From positions 1 to 24,903 of the IMG/VR virus record IMGVR_UViG_3300021437_000079: DNA of 24,903 bases. One strand, written 5' to 3'. The notes below the pieces were generated by a model. It had not been told where the DNA came from. It saw only the letters and a list, made by a program, of their open reading frames with translations, and made no database searches. Shown piece after piece: positions 24,670-24,903 of this stretch. Both the position numbers and the translations under genes were made by a program. The first letter of the stretch is position 1; each line of letters begins with the position of its first letter. This DNA is from a virus (taxonomy: Duplodnaviria > Caudoviricetes).

Positions 24670-24903
24670 CTAGCGGGGAGGCTGGGGAGCGTAGGGGGAC
24701 GGGAAACCCGTTCCGTATCCGGGAGGGGCGCCATAGCCCTGCGGGGGAGGCTGCGGAACGGGAGGGGCACCATATCCCTGCGGGGGAGGCTGCGGAACGG
24801 GAGGGGCGCCATAGCCCTGCGGGGGAGGCTGCGGAACGGGAGGGGCACCATAGCCCTGCGGGGGAGGCTGCGGAACGGGAACGGGGACAGGGATTGGGGG
24901 GGC
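24670..24903 (-). CDS. 3' end of a gene truncated by the window edge; Pro/Gln/Gly/Tyr-rich C-terminal tail
   Basis: Open frame from 24903: APPIPVPV(PVPQPPPQGYGAP)x4PGYGTGFPSPYAPQPPR-TAG. The stop lies just upstream of the polA SD, and repeat variants are synonymous in this frame. Confidence 0.8.
   Translation of the reverse strand, partial: APPIPVPVPVPQPPPQGYGAPPVPQPPPQGYGAPPVPQPPPQGYGAPPVPQPPPQGYGAPPGYGTGFPSPYAPQPPR
24721..24876. repeat. Four tandem copies of a 39-bp unit
   Basis: GGGAGGGGCRCCATAKCCCTGCGGGGGAGGCTGCGGAAC starting at 24721, 24760, 24799 and 24838. Confidence 0.97.

Noticed and set aside
24666-24851. Track ORF MVPLPFRSLPRRA... (61 aa, minus strand)
   Set aside because: Wrong frame: repeat variants are non-synonymous here but synonymous in the PQPPPQGYGAP frame ending at 24670.
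24721-24876. Possible CRISPR array
   Set aside because: Units are head-to-tail with no unique spacers and are a multiple of 3; this is a coding tandem repeat.
1-24903. Cyanobacterial HIP1 (GCGATCGC) as the cause of the GATC excess
   Set aside because: The full octamer is only occasional; GATC occurs with all flanking bases.
1-24903. Stop-codon recoding, tRNA genes, introns/inteins, DGR or invertible tail-fibre cassette
   Set aside because: Genes are full length in the standard code and use all three stops. I saw no tRNA-like fold, intein motif, reverse transcriptase, invertase or duplicated fibre segment.

Overview
The window is a compact segment of a tailed dsDNA phage genome with two convergent arms. 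The + strand (~229-21164) carries a nearly complete virion operon: lambda-like packaging and head genes (terminase small and large subunits, gpW-like adaptor, portal, fused prohead protease/major capsid protein, decoration protein), then a Mu-like contractile tail and baseplate. These are followed by a tail fibre with a phi29-gp12-type autocleaving chaperone, a displaced gpZ-like gene and a four-gene lysis cassette. The - strand (24903-21156) carries the Pro/Gln/Gly/Tyr-repeat 3' end of a truncated gene, a family A DNA polymerase with non-canonical motifs, an HD-domain phosphohydrolase and a Dam-type adenine methyltransferase. The most striking unexplained signal is a strong excess of GATC in every stretch counted (and of CTAG and GTTGAC where counted), in a phage encoding its own GATC-type methylase in an operon with PolA and an HD hydrolase. 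Other notable points are a clear -1 frameshift signal in the tail chaperone, a nested capsid start, an unannotated lipoprotein gene and a candidate cos region at the left end. All product calls come from motif recognition and gene order; no database searches were run.
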